Of a stretch of 64,000 nucleotides of DNA, positions 23,321-37,386 are shown piece by piece. Position 1 is the first letter of the stretch. Each line of letters opens with the position of its first letter. A program made the position numbers and the translations under genes. The DNA lies in contig OZ076413.1 in assembly GCA_964187785.1 (NCBI GenBank), positions 46,130,001-46,194,000 of the forward strand, written 5' to 3'. The notes beneath the pieces were generated by a model. That model ran no database searches, had not been told where the DNA came from, and saw only the letters and a program-made list of their open reading frames with translations. Source of the DNA: Amphiscolops sp. MND2022 (Eukaryota).

Positions 23321-25312
23321 TTACGTTTTTGTAGGTTAAAGAGCGAGTGATTTCATAAAATTTTCACGGAATATTCCATGCAATAAAATTTCACTGATTC
23401 AACCCAATTTTACCAAGGGGCCTAAAAGATACATTTGGCCCTAAATTTGGCGACAAATCCGAGTCACAAAGTTTTGCAGGTTGCAATAAAAAGCACTTAT
23501 GTTTTTGACAGCAGATGAGATCGAATCAATTTTACCGCAATTTCAATGCAAATAAACTCCATTAACATTGTACGTTTCAAAGCAGCATCACATCCAGTGT
23601 GCTGTTTGACTGAGGATGAACATATCTTTTTTGATAAGTTACCTTTTTGAGAATCTCTTTTCGCAGTAAAAACATAATTTTGCTTACAATCACTGTGCTA
23701 TTGTCAGCACTACCAGATACATTTTTTTTCATGCATAAGTACTTTTAGGCTAGTTTGGCACTGGCCGGATTTCATCGAAAAATTTTTATTTCCTTTACTT
23801 GTCCTATTTTCATTTTTGAGGTTTTTTGATACCTATACATACAATGTATAATGATACATATAATTGATACCCTGATACATATAATGGGGGGGGAGGAAAA
23901 TCATAATCTGTGTTGCGTTTTTTCCAAACTCTGCCAAATCTCTTCCCAGTTTCTTCGACCTCACCTATAGTTACTTGACTATTTTAGTTATTAAAATAGT
24001 CAAGTAACTAAAACAGTTCAGATAATACCTAAAGTCAAAAATGGGAATAAGATCTAAAGGGAGTAAGATCTAAACTTTCAGGACGGGAATAATATCTAAA
24101 GGGAATAAGATCTAAAATCACTAAATTTTAGATCTTATACTTTAAATCCTATTCCCCTCCCAAAATAGGTACGGCTCAGTTGGTGAAGGCGACGAAGGCG
24201 GAAAATATCCCGGGCGTCTTGGTAAAAATTGGTATGCTACTTTGGTTTTTTCCATCATTGCATGGTTTTTTTAGTTGTATTTTTGCCAGCAACTCATCGT
24301 CAAGGAGAGAGTTCGTATCTAGTATGTGTCAAATTTCTCTATCTTGAAATCGAATTGTATAGGTTTCCTTTCTATTCGATTTTTTTTTCAAACTCGAACC
24401 AGAATTGTTCTAAATTTTGCAACAATAAGTGAAGGGTTGACTGTGATTATAATAAAATTTTGATATTTCGATTTGAACTACAAAATGATCGTGTACAAAT
24501 GTACAAAACGATTGAATAACACACTGATTGCGAAATTTTGACAGCAAATTCGCATGCTTCCACATTTTGTCAGGATAAACAGTGATTTTCATTTTTCTCA
24601 ACTTGGACTCTAAAACAACCGTTTTATGTCATAACATATAACTTTTGAAACAAGACGGGAACGTGTCAAGTCAGCGCTATACCGAAGGCTAGTTTTTTTG
24701 AATGACCTCACGACGTTTTTTAGAGCTGTTTTGGACCATCGGTTTCCTCCATAGTGAAACGCTACTTACTTCGTATATAACATCAAAAATTCAGATAGTA
24801 TTGAAAATATATAGTGAATACATATTGAGAAAGTCGAATATCAGAGGAAAAGTGAGAATTTAGAAACCGTCTCATAATGCAGAAAAACGCAAAAGTGGAG
24901 ACCATTCGAGCTTTTGTATCGTCCAGTTGGTTGCCGAAGCTCAAAACAACCAAAGAGGTGTTCTTTTGACGACATCAAAAATTTCAGAAAAAAAATCTCA
25001 CAAGGCCGAAAAAAACAATAAACCAAACTTTCTGAGTTGCTTTGGATTGGTTTTGTATTTCATGTTACAGGCTTTGGATGCGTTTAAAATCAAGTACTAA
25101 GTACTTATGGTAAAAGTGCACAGTGGACCGTTGACTGACAAAAAACTAGCCAATCTAAGAGTCGTTTTTTTCCTTAAAAGAAAAGCGCCCACTAGAAATA
25201 ACCTATAACCGAACTATTGACGTTACTACCCAATTACAATGGACCTTTTGATGTGGAATGCAAGCCGAATACACTTTTAAGAATTTGTCATTTCGTAACT
25301 ATTTGAGGATAT

Positions 25313-25483
25313 GATATTGTGATTTCTGCGGCAAATGTTTTGACCAAATAGCATTAGAAACTCTTGGACAATATCTGGTCGCCACAGAATACGACGGCGA
25401 AACCGTCAAGGAGAGGACCATCAGGTCGAAAACCTTTATTCACGGATTTGAAGCAGCCTTGTTCCTTTTCAAAAATGGAGGAC
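25313..25483 (+). pseudogene. ORF-X C-terminal fragment and PPT upstream of the 5' LTR of C
   Basis: Near-identical to 39611-39781. Confidence 0.85.
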
Positions 25484-26782
25484 TGTCGCATCCACCGAGA
25501 TGCGATGGTTCCGCAGTGCAACTTTAGAAAGGAACAAGTAATGGTATTTCCTGAATAAACTCTCTCGAACTCATATGAAACCATTATAAATATGTTTCTT
25601 GCGCATTTTTTTCTTTAGAAAGTCATGTAAATGTAATATTCATAATATGTTTGCCATGAAAGGACTTTCATTATCGCGCTATCGAACCCTGATTTCTTCA
25701 TTAAGAGCCCCTCTTTTAAATACACAATGAATTATCTCGCCGCCCAATTATATAATCTACAAGTTCTGAGACATCTAAACCCATCATCATGGTAATTGTA
25801 TTTCGGCATAGTACTGCTATACGGTATTATGCGGATCGAGGTGCGACGCATACTCGTCACTATGCGGTTTTGATAATACCATTATGCGGCATTATGCGTC
25901 TTGAGGTGAAATGTATATACGGCATTATACGTTTTTCATGATAACACTATGCGGCATCCTGCGGATCGATTAGAAACGCATACTCGTTATTATGCGTTTC
26001 TCGCAGGACTTCTCTAATATTTCCAGGACGCGCTCTAATGTTGTTTAGAAAGTATTTTAGTCACATTCAGAAGATATTTTAAGATGTTTCCAGGGTTCTC
26101 TCTGTTTCTTTTCCACAATCATTTCCCTTGATGTCATGTAAATGTGCTATTTTTATATTATGATGTCACTTGACGCAATTCTATTTTTGTGCTGATTCTT
26201 CACGATGACTCTAGTAAAAAAGAGTGTCATGATTTTTGGATATGTTTCGTTTTGTAATAAAATTGGGAGATTTCATTCCATAATTGACTCTTAACAAAAG
26301 CAGTTGCTTTCATACAATTGTAAACCTTCCGATTTCATCACTGTAAACTTGGCAATCTTGTTCTCTTTTGAGATACTAAAACTAATTCAAGTTCTTCCCC
26401 AAAAGCCAGAAAATATTTTCACTCGAGACAAAATGGGTAATAGACGAAATAGACGTTCTAGGAGACTAGAAACCATTTCCCCAGAGCGAAGTACAACCCA
26501 AGTGGAAACACCAAACACAGGTAATATAACTTTAACTAATCCTGATACTGTTGTTCAAGAAAGTTTAGGTGAGGACAACTCAGAAGGACAATTAGTCGAG
26601 CCTAGTCAGATTGGGACTGAGATTCAAGCTTGGACCCAAATATTCGAACAAAGAAACAATGATAGAATAGAGAAAATGAGAGAAGAAATGGATAACAAAC
26701 TTGAAACTATTCTCAGAGAGATAAAATCAAATAAAAGCGTATCACTAGTAAAGGAGGATTATAAACCAAGAGGATTATCACA
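25484..26782 (+). repeat. 5' LTR of C (~240-bp deletion near its 3' end)
   Basis: Direct repeat of 39782-41304. Start inferred from TSD-defined element D, which also begins TGTCGCA. Confidence 0.85.
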
Positions 26783-26794
26783 TGGTGACAGGAG
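26783..26794 (+). promoter_or_regulatory. PBS of C
   Basis: GATTATCACA|TGGTGACAGGAG. Confidence 0.9.
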
Positions 26795-27884
26795 CCAACC
26801 GAAAACTCCATAGGTAAAGCTCTCAAAAATCAAACGACACAATTGGATCCCACGTAGACCACAATTTGCCAAATTTGACAACACAACCACTTGACCTGGT
26901 AAATCAAATTTCAATTGCCATAGAGAAATTGGCGAACAAAAATTCACAACAATCACTATTTCATCCCAAAACTACACTCACCTTCAATGGAAAAAACGAA
27001 AAGAATGAAAAATTCGAATACTTCGAAGACTTGTTTCACACAACACTTCGAATGCAACCAAACCTAACAGAGGACATGAAGATTAACCATTTTCACTCCC
27101 ACCTCAGAGGTTTAGCCCTCAAATTATTTAAAAACATACAAAGAACACCAACAACAACTTTAGAAGACATACTCAAAGTCTTTCGCAGGTAATATGTCAA
27201 ACCAGAGTCCAGCGCCTCTGCAAAACACAGATTCAACAGACTCTCATTTGAACCGGAACACCAAAAACTCCCGGATTTCTTAGAAGAACTCCAAGAAAGT
27301 GCCAAAAAAGCGTTCGGGGAGAACGCCCACCAAATGATAGAGAATCTACTCTACGCAAAAATGCCTCCCCATCTTAAGAAGTCCATCAATCAAGCCTATC
27401 TTGAAAATGGCACTTATGAACAAATTGTTAAGCACCTCGAACCAGAAATGGAACTCAATGGTCTAGAGGCTGATGAACATCTCGTCAAAACCCAAATGAC
27501 TGTTACTAAAAAAGAACAAATCACTGAAAAAACAAACAAAAAACAAAATGACAAAGCCAAAAAACAAACTCCTAAAACACTACCAGACAAGACCCTCAAG
27601 AACGACCAATGCCGTTACTTCAAAGAAACAGGCCACATGATGACTGACTGTCCTAAATTAGCTAAACGGCGCAAACTCGAGACAGACCCGGATGCTGAAA
27701 AACGACAAAACTGCAACACACCTGGTCACGACGAAGAAAACTGTTACTTCGGTGCCAATATGGAAAACCGCCCATCAAAATGGAACATGACAGAAGCACA
27801 AAAGAAAATCATAGAAGAATACAAGCAAGCCAAAAAACCAATCAGACCAAAGTCGGACCGATCTCAACAATCATCATTGAAAGA

Positions 27885-27891
27885 TTTAAAC
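27885..27891 (+). promoter_or_regulatory. -1 slippery heptamer U UUA AAC (C; same in D at 55703-55709)
   Basis: GAT TTA AAC TAG; the -1 frame is the long pol ORF. Confidence 0.8.
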
Positions 27892-30800
27892 TAGAAACTC
27901 CACGCCTTTACAAAAAATCTCCACAAAAATCAAACCCAGCTGATGACTGGCAGCACCAGTTGAGTCCAAAACCCACAAAAACATCAGTCCATGAGACCGA
28001 CTTAATAACAGAAAATTTACAACAACTAACTCTGGAAACTCAAACCGAAGACTTATACGAACTCCTACATGATGCACCAGATAACTACTTTCCTCAACAA
28101 ACAAACAACCCCGAAATCGACTCAAACTCAGAAACCCAACATACAACAAAACACCACGTAACAATAAAAACTTCTTGCAATGATGAAAAACAACCTCTTC
28201 TAAATGAAGATCTTACTGAACATATACAATTTGACAAGGAACGAAACTTGTCATACCTTCCAATTTCAATTTCCTTGACATTGAAACGAAAACGCCACAT
28301 GTACTACATTCCAATGGACTTCGAAAAACTTACACTTGATGGTCTTATTGATACTGGAGCTGTTACAAGTGCAATCTCCGAACAAGACCTCAATAAAATC
28401 AAGTTGCTAGCAAACGAAGCCATCAAAGAAACTGGTCCTCCACCAAACTTCCAAATTATGGTGGCGAATGGACAACTAGAAGTCCCCATTGGTACGGTAC
28501 TACTAGAATTTGAAGTGGTTGATTTCATGTTAAAAGAAAACTTCATCATCATGAAAAACCTACCAAACCCACTAATAGGATTGTGTTTCCTCCACAGGAA
28601 CAACGCAATCTTCGATGTCAACCAAGGAATCTTAACATTTCCTTATCTATCAATGCAACTCAAACCTGACACCCAAACAGCAATACGTCAAGCAAAACCA
28701 TTGTTCGATGAAAATACCTATACCCTACAACCAGGCGAAACTCTCGCCATTGCAAGCAGAATGCCCCATCTGATGGACCATAATGCAACTGGAATAGTCA
28801 CCCCATCACATCAATTCGAAAATCATGATAGTATTTTCATTACAGCATCACTCAGTACAGTCAATAATAATGCTATTGGGTACCAAATCATCAATTTTTC
28901 GGAATTGCCATATGCAATAACCCTTGACACCCATTTAGCAGATTGTAAAATTCTCACCCCCGAACAAATCAAACACATCCAACCCGTAGACCCAGCAGTA
29001 TTATCTTTTATGATACAACATGAGGAAACTACAGAAGTATATATCAACAAACTCCTCAAAGTACCACAACCAAACTCTGAACAAGAATCGTACTGGTTTC
29101 CTACCCCGGAAGACCCAGGCGATCCTGCAACATATACTCCAATACAACAACGTATATACAAAGAACTTCTTGAATTGAAAGAACTCGAAAAACTCAACCC
29201 ACAAGATAATGAATCATCCAGAAAAACATTTCTCTCAAATTTCGACTGGTCTGATACAACACTTAACCCAGTCGAACGTCAAGAAATTGAAGAGATTCTG
29301 GTTGAATTTCACGATATTTTCGCCAGACATCGGTTCGATATAGGGATAAACCGTGAATTCAAAGTGAAATTAACACCAAACGATGACAGACCAGCGTACA
29401 GCCAAAGTCTGCCGACTCCCATTAACCTCAAAGATGACATCACAGTAGAACTTGCACTTCTACATAAGTATGGTATTATTACAACTTTACCATTTTCCAA
29501 ATATGCCAGCCCAATCTTTGCACAACGCAAACCCAATGGGCGCCTCAGACTTCTTGTGGACCTTCGGAAAATCAATAATCTCATCACCGAAGATTATGCC
29601 AACAACAACCACCCGGTAAGCACACTATCCGATGCAGCTCAACACATGGCAGGGAAAAAGCTTTTCTGCAAACTGGACTGCTCCCAAGCTTACCACTGTC
29701 TTCAAATGGCAGATTCTCAATCCATCCAGATGCTTGCTTTCAATTTCGCAAGCAGAACGTTCGCTTATCGTCGCTTAGCCAAGGGCCTCAGTCGATCCCT
29801 TTCTGCATTCTCAAGCTTCTTGAGAGAATACCTGGACAAAGCCATTAAAGCTGACCAATGTGCCCAATATGTTGATGACATTGGCATTGCAGCAAACGAC
29901 ACAAAGCAATTGTGCATCAACATCAAAACCGTTTTTGAATGTATCAGAAACGCTGGATCAAGACTCTCCATGTCCAAATGCCATTTTGGAGTTAAACAAG
30001 TGGACTTTCTGGGTCGCACCATCACACCAGAAGGAGTAGCCCCCCAAGCCGACAAAGTAAAAGATTTCCTCGCAAAACTCCGATTTCCCAAATCAAAGAA
30101 GGCACTACAAAGGTATATTGGATTCTTAAACTATTACCGAAACTATATACCACGCCTTCCGGAAAAACTCACTCTGTTTTTCAAACTCCTCAAAGAAACC
30201 TCCAAGTTCTATGTACCAACAAACTTGGTAGAGGACTTCACAAACCTCAAAAATTTTTTGGAAAACTCTTGTCAACTCGCGTTGAAACAACCATTAAAAG
30301 ACAAACAACTTATTGTCATGTCCGATGCAAGCTTCACAGCAGCTGGATATGCTATCATGATCGAAGATGACCCCAACCAAAAACTACAATCCAAACGTAA
30401 AACATATGCACCAATCGCGTTTGGATCAAAAATTTTCAACCCAACACAAACGAAAATGTCGATTTATGCAAAACAATTCCTTTCTATATATTTTGCATTC
30501 GCCGAATTTGGACACCTTATGTGGGGAAGCACCTTACCAGTCATCGTGTTCGATGACAACCGGTCAGTAACTCGGTTTTTCCAAACGAAAATGATCCCAC
30601 CAGCACTCTGGAATGCATGCCATTATGTCTTACAATACAATTTTGTAATTTAATTGCCCATGTCGCTGGCTCAATGAACACAGCTGCAGACTTCCTATCA
30701 AGGACAGAAGTCGACCCAACAGAAATACTAGAAATGAAATTTCGCAATAACATTCACACGAAAGCAATTGAGGTGAATATCCAGTCATCTGGAATTGTTG

Positions 30801-32760
30801 AATAAGAACAAATCTATATTCTCCCTGAAGATGAATTTGATGAAAATCAATTATGACAGGAAAAACAAAACATACGAAAGCAGGCACAAACAGAATCCCA
30901 CAATGAACAATGGAAAATAATATCTCTGAACTCAAACAATTTCACAAACCCACATCGGGACTAATCTCCTGCTCATCGGGATATTTCAAGGACAACGCAA
31001 GGATTCGCCTTGAACAAAACAATGATGTGGTCCTCAGAAACCTCAGAGCGAAAATTGAAGGAAACCCGTTAGACGAAAATGAATTGGCATCAGATTATAG
31101 ATACCTACATTACCTAAAAAACATTACCGGAATCGAAATTAAACAGGAAGTTCTCACACGAAAATACTATATCATCTCTCATTATCAAATCCTCCTACCA
31201 ATACAACTTCTCGAGGAACTACTTCAGGCCCTACATGGCCATAACCCAAACCATCCAGGAGTCACCAAGATGATTCAAGAAGCACGCCAAAAATATTACT
31301 ACCCATGTATGGCTAAACACATCAAGAAATGGGTCAGTAACTGTCAGGTATGCATACAAACAAAACGCATCAATAATGACCTCCTCAGAACTGAACTTCT
31401 TAATTGTCCAGAATGGGACCTTGGACCGGAAGACATCTTACAGATGGATATTTTGTCAAACCTTCCCCCTAGTGGAGGCTATGATCATATCATCACGGCA
31501 ATAGATGTCTTCTCAAGATACTTGTTTGCCTATCCTGTGACTCGCATTACCGCGACAGGAGTATCAAAAGTCATCATGGATATATTATGCAAACACACTT
31601 ACCTCCCAACAACTATAATCACGGATCTGGGCACCCAATTCAACGCACAAATAGCCCATGAAATCGCAGCAATACTCGGAATTGAACTGAAACATGCCAC
31701 CATGAAACATGCGCAAACAATAGGACTCCTAGAAAGAACCCACGCCTCAGTTAAAACACACCTAAAAGCCGCCACAGGCGAATTTAGAAACAATTGGCAC
31801 AAATCTTTTCCTCTGGCAGTCCTTAATCACAACACGACATATCACGCGTCACTCGGTTGTGAACCCTCACGAGTTTTCCATGGACGGATACCACACAATA
31901 TTCTTGACTATAAACTCGGATATAATCCCAATCCAAGATACCAATCACAGACCGATGTAGCGGAAGAAATCCCAAAACGCATGAAAACCCTTTTAGATCA
32001 AACTAAGAAGAACATCATGCAATCTTATCTCAAAAACAAAGCCTACTACGATAGAAAAGCAAAAACAGCTCCGCTCGAAACGACGGACTACTGTTACATT
32101 TTCAACCCAAAAGCTGATACACAAGCGACAAAAATACCATTTCGAGAATTCAGATGGTGTGGTCCATATAAAGTAGAAAAAGTGCTTCCCAACAATAATA
32201 ATATTGTCAGGCGACTTAGAACTAACAAAACGCAACTACTGCATAGGATCCGTCTGCGGAAATTCACTCCACAAGCTCCATTAGCAGATATTTTCGTTCG
32301 TGAAACTGACTGGCAAAAAGATGACCAAATGCCTATAACAAATGATGATCTATATGCCCAATCTTGGAACACAAATTTTGGGTCTAACCCGTTTGATGAT
32401 AGCCTTGCAGAATATTCACAAAATACTGAGGATGCTGATCATATTCCGATTCAAATACCCAATGATAACCGCCCACCCTCCCCAGGATCTTCAAAAAATA
32501 GTGGGGGGAGCCCGGTGGAACAGACCACTGAACCAAATGATAATCATGAGAACGAAATTCCACAACACATTAGTGAAGATGACCAAAATACCCAAAAAAC
32601 TCAAAAAGAATCAAATAAATCAACAGTCGACGACATCCAAAAAACCCCAGAAATCTCCAAAAATACCCCATTGCAAGAAAAACCCATAAATACACGTGGT
32701 GAAAAACACAACTTACGTCCTAATCCCAACCCAAACTACTCCGATACATACAGATATTAA
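27885..32760 (+). pseudogene. pol: Pol of C (few disruptions at 30650-30910)
   Basis: LIDTGA, QYVDD, MSDAS, HHCC, D-D-E and WCGPYKV in ORFs 27780-30653, 30617-30805 and 30910-32760. Confidence 0.93.
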
Positions 32761-32977
32761 AAACAACTTCCACTTTCTGACTCATATAATTACTAAGAAA
32801 ACAATTGCAGAGGAAATCTTTTTTCGTAAAGATCTTAATCTGCACTATACTGTGCCACTAGCTTCCTCTCTTACTTTTTGCAGTCTTTCTTGTCTACAGA
32901 AATATATAAAGACATAAACCTATAACATAACAGAACAACACAAACAAATATCTACAAAGTTTCAAAGAAAGAAGCAA

Positions 32978-35900
32978 TCAGTTCTTCTTAGATTTCGAAG
33001 ACTTCTGGCAAGTCTTCTTTGAATCTTCCCCTTGCTCTGTACTGGAGCACCGACCGAGTGAAACATTGATTCTTCCCATAGAAAGATCAGGAGAAGGAGT
33101 ACTGTTGACACTACTAGCCCTGCTTACACTAGGAGTAGTGGTAGAAGAAGTCACAGTAGGTTTCTCCAACCGGAGAACTGCTTTTCAGTATCCAGTCTCT
33201 AACCTCCCTTGCAAAGTTGTTCTCCGAGAACTACTTCCCTTTAAAAATTCCAGATCGAAAGTTTCTTATCGGTCAACAGCTCTGTGCCTCGTCGCAAAAG
33301 ACGAAAAACGCAACCAATAGCCCTAGCATCTCGGAATAAACTTGATACATGTGGGACTGATTGGTACGAAATCTGCAAACTGACAACACATGACTCGAAT
33401 GAGCTCTTATCGGACTCTAGAGCACAAATTGGCACCTCAAAAAGGGGAGGAAGATCCACGATTGGGGCGAGACAAAGGCAGGAGAGTCTGAACAACTGTA
33501 ACAATTCAGGTCGACACTGGACCTCATAATGTGTAACAAGGAATTGTATCCAGTCGTCATAATTGAGAGCACTCCGGAACGGAGTATAGAAACAAATGAC
33601 CGGTATTGACTAACTGCTTTTACTTGTCACTCGAGGAAATCAAACCAACTTCCACGAAATGAGCAAACAACTTTTCGATAGCAGCCACATAGACATCCTC
33701 AGGGCTCTCTAGAATGACGGAGGGATCGAATGCAGACAGTCCTTTGAGCAAGTCAGACCTCACAATATCAAGTGCCATTAACTGTTTGCAAAAGGCGTTG
33801 CAGAAACTCACTGATTGCTCTATGAATTTACCAGGGCGAGGTAACCTACTAGCCAGCACAAGACGGTGATAATTTTCGTTAAGTATGAACTGGTCTGCTG
33901 TTTTAAAGGGTAATTCAGTTGAGTCCAAATCCAAAGCAAGGAAAGAATCCCAGTCTGAAATATTCCCTAAAGTGCTATCGGGCAAAATGTTCTGCAACTG
34001 GGAATACGTAAATACGGCAAACTGGTTGAAAAGGCGAAATCCCGTATCAAGCCGATTTTGAACCCCAGAGAAAGCTGAATCATCTAAAACACACAGAAGA
34101 TCACAAATAAAATGTCAATCTCCAACAAAACGATCCTAATCGTGAAATTATTTGATTAACATGAACAAACAATTTTTTAGTGCGACATGTAGTGCATGAA
34201 AATACAACAAGCTTGCCATGCTGTTTGGCTGAATATACTGCACTGAAAGGATTGAACAATGGAGATTATACGTTACTATTCGCAATGGTAGTAAAGATTA
34301 TACGACATCATGCGGTTCGAGGTGTGACGACTATAAGTCACTATGCGGATTTACAAGATAGATTATACGGCATCATGCGGTTCGAGGTGTGATGACTATA
34401 CGTCACTATGCGGATATACAAGATAGATTATACGGCATCATGCGGTTCGAGGTGTGATGATTATGCGTCACCGTACGGAAATGAAGATGAAAGCGCACTG
34501 TAGCAGAACATGTCAGGATATGGACATGTCTAGCCTATTCAGGACAAGAAAGGGAGTGGTTAATACATATATGAATTCTTTTACAATCCGTTTGAAGAAT
34601 CTTCAAGTTCATTTAAAAAGGGAGGATTTACTCGAATCTCTACCAAAATTTACTGAAACACAATCGCAGGAAACTGAATTAAGGACTCCTAATGCCAACC
34701 GACATTAATGCAAACAGAAATTACCAAGAGATAAAACAACTAACAGTGATCAAGGACACATCTGATGATGAATAATCGTGCGAGGTAAGCAGTATCCAAA
34801 CGAAAACATTCGTCAAGAGTACTGGGCTGAAAAACACATAGAATAAACGAATATGAGCCTAACTACGTAATACAACGTGTATAGATATAATTACCTCTCT
34901 CATGTGAAAACGGTACGCAGGAAGCCGGGCAACTTGGTTAAGGTGATCTTTAACTTGGTCCCAGTTGACCGACAGAGCTTCGATTATGGCCGAAGCATCC
35001 GAGAGGGAATACTCGAGTCGCAGGACACACTGAAAAGGAATGAAAATACCTGAGCAAGTCTTGACTTAATTACAATTCGAATATAAGCTAGGGGAGTGAT
35101 ATACCTTGTGCAAAATGGGTAGACTCTGCAACCAGTCCTTATCTAAGGCTGTCCTGAGTTTCATCAAGAGGAAATCAAGAATTGTTCTAAAGTCATTGCG
35201 CTCAATAATTTGAGCAGTGGGTGTTGCAAGGCAGCGCTCGAAATCTTTGACACCAAATGTGTTGACTACTGATGGAGCTTTTGTCCCTGATAGACAAGAT
35301 CCCAGACATTCACTAAGTTTGTCCTCAAATCCGATTAGGGACACGCAGACAGGAAGCTCTTCGAAGAGGCTGAGGAAGGAAGCCACGAGAGAAAGGATTC
35401 TTCTCGGTAGAAGAAGGCCTCTTGGTGCTCCTCCAATGCAAACCCGATGCATGACACTTTCAGACCAAAAGCAGAGAACAACATAAGAAGCTGTGGTAGT
35501 GTGCTGTATGGCTAGAGAGTAATAGCCAGACGCTGAGATGGCTTTGACATAGTAAGCCATCAGCTCGCGGAACATGTAGACCAAAATTCCCTGCAAAAAA
35601 GGAAGTATTGAATTTTGAAAGATTAGCCAATGCCTACAACAAAATGCAATGCTAAAACCGATTCGGAACATGAAAGGATTGACATTCTTTTCTGAGGAAA
35701 ATTGGGTAACAGAAAAGGACTCACAAAGATACGTTGCTGGCTCCAATTTTGCACAGACAGTCGGTCGCTTGCAGTTAAGCGAACTAATTCCTCGTACATC
35801 CCTGTTAGACTAGCAAGATTTCCATCATGTCTTAGCCCAAATTCTAGGATGTTGATCTGTGACAGTATCTTTTCCGTTGGACTGGTAGTGACGCTAATGT

Positions 35901-37386
35901 GTGGGACAGACTCTTGTCCTACGGGTGGTCGATTAAAATCGAGCGGAGGAGGTATGGGATAATTATCTTTTGCTTTCTTTTCGCATCCTGTAATGCAACT
36001 CCGAGCAATTCTTTTTCGTCACGATCAAAAAGAGGCATCCCGGGTATCTCCATTCTGATGCGATGTTCTCTTATCAAGTGCGAGTCAGAGCGATAATGGG
36101 AGATTAATTCGAAACTGCCGCGACTCATCAGCGACAGCTCAACTCTACAGACCCGGCACCACCACTTGAACGGAGTTTTATCTTTATCTAGGGGCCCGGT
36201 TGCGGAGAATTTCAACACAGGGTGGCGTTTAAACATACTTCCGGTAAGAGAGTATTTAGGACGTCTTCGTTTCCCTCTAACAATAGTTGCGTTTTCTTCA
36301 GCCCAATGATGGGCAATGCCTGTACTGACACTGACTGCCATTTCTTCTTGACTAGAAGTAGTTGCTAGTGTGGTGGGAGCGACATCATCTATGACTGTGA
36401 GTATCAAAGGTTGATTGGGATCGGCATCATCTCCAGTGACCAATGACTGGGGAATCCTGTCGAGAACGCTAGATAAGACTAGAATCTCCTGCCTAGTGAT
36501 ACTGAGGCTAGGAAGAGTAGTCACAGGATAAACAGCCTCGGTTGGAAAAATTCCAGCAAGTGTTGGGTTCTATAGTTGATCCTGAATGTTTGGACCACGG
36601 GAGTCGGAGTAGAAGAACTACCCTGTACAAGAAGATAATTTTCTTCTTCTTGAATTAGCTGATTGAATGTTGACATCGGGGTCTGGGAAATGCCAAGAGG
36701 ATTTAAACCTCCAAAAGAGTCTTGAGCAAAATCACCCAATGGCGCTTCCATGGGTTTAGTTGTAACGGAAGATTTAGTAATAATCGGACTGGTTCCGGTA
36801 AGCTGACACACTTCGGAAGGCACACTCAGCTCGCGTCTTTCACTAGAAGAGCCTGGGGGACCAGGATTTGGTAATGTCTTTTCAGTTGCAACCTCAACGA
36901 TCTGTAAAGAGGCTTCAATGGGTGATTCTTCGACTAGAGTAGACTTCAATGAGGCAGGGGTAGCGACCTTTAATGAAGTGTAAACTTTCTCGGGTGAACT
37001 AGATGGAGTGCCCTGCGCTGATCCTTGTCCGACTGAAACAAATGATTTGTTGCTCAAACGAAATGAGAATGAATCCTGCAAGCGGAAACGTTTTGTTATT
37101 ACCTCAAACCGGACGCGGGGACAGGAAATGAAAAGAAAACGGAAGTAGCTTAGAAGTCTGAAGCGGAAACGTTTCAAAAAATCAACAGGCCTGGCCAGCC
37201 ATTTTTGCAGACAAAACAAATTCTAATATAAATCAATGAACTAAACCAAAATTAGAATACGTTGGACTTACGGGATGAGAGAGCAGGAAGGATGTCAGTT
37301 CCCCAGAAATCGTCTTGACTGAACGAAGCCAAGTTTCTTCGTGACCTGCGCTTCCCTGTTGAGTTGCTGTTTGTTCCAGGATCCAT
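32978..37386 (-). pseudogene. Antisense six-exon accessory gene of C: zinc finger plus hAT-transposase-like protein (~1070 aa, some disruptions)
   Basis: Exons 37386-37272, 37032-35725, 35590-35105, 35029-34895, 34826-34745, 34083-32978. All five introns are GT-AG with frame-compatible phases and occur at the same positions in D. WWCRVC...HYRSDSH finger. The hAT similarity was judged by eye. Confidence 0.75.
34264..34470 (+). repeat. 65-bp tandem repeat (two ATGCGG half-units) in the last intron of the antisense gene of C
   Basis: gattatacg at 34296, 34361 and 34426. Confidence 0.85.

Larger units (their letters stand above)
26433..27894 (+). pseudogene. gag: Gag of C (disrupted)
   Basis: MGNRRNRRSRR start inside the LTR; fragments 26866-27192 and 27334-27894 align to B Gag (KINHFH, LLYAK.PP); stops and one frameshift. 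Confidence 0.88.

Noticed and set aside
24165..24325. tRNA or tRNA-derived SINE (GGCTCAGTTGGT A-box-like)
   Set aside because: No cloverleaf and no properly spaced B-box.
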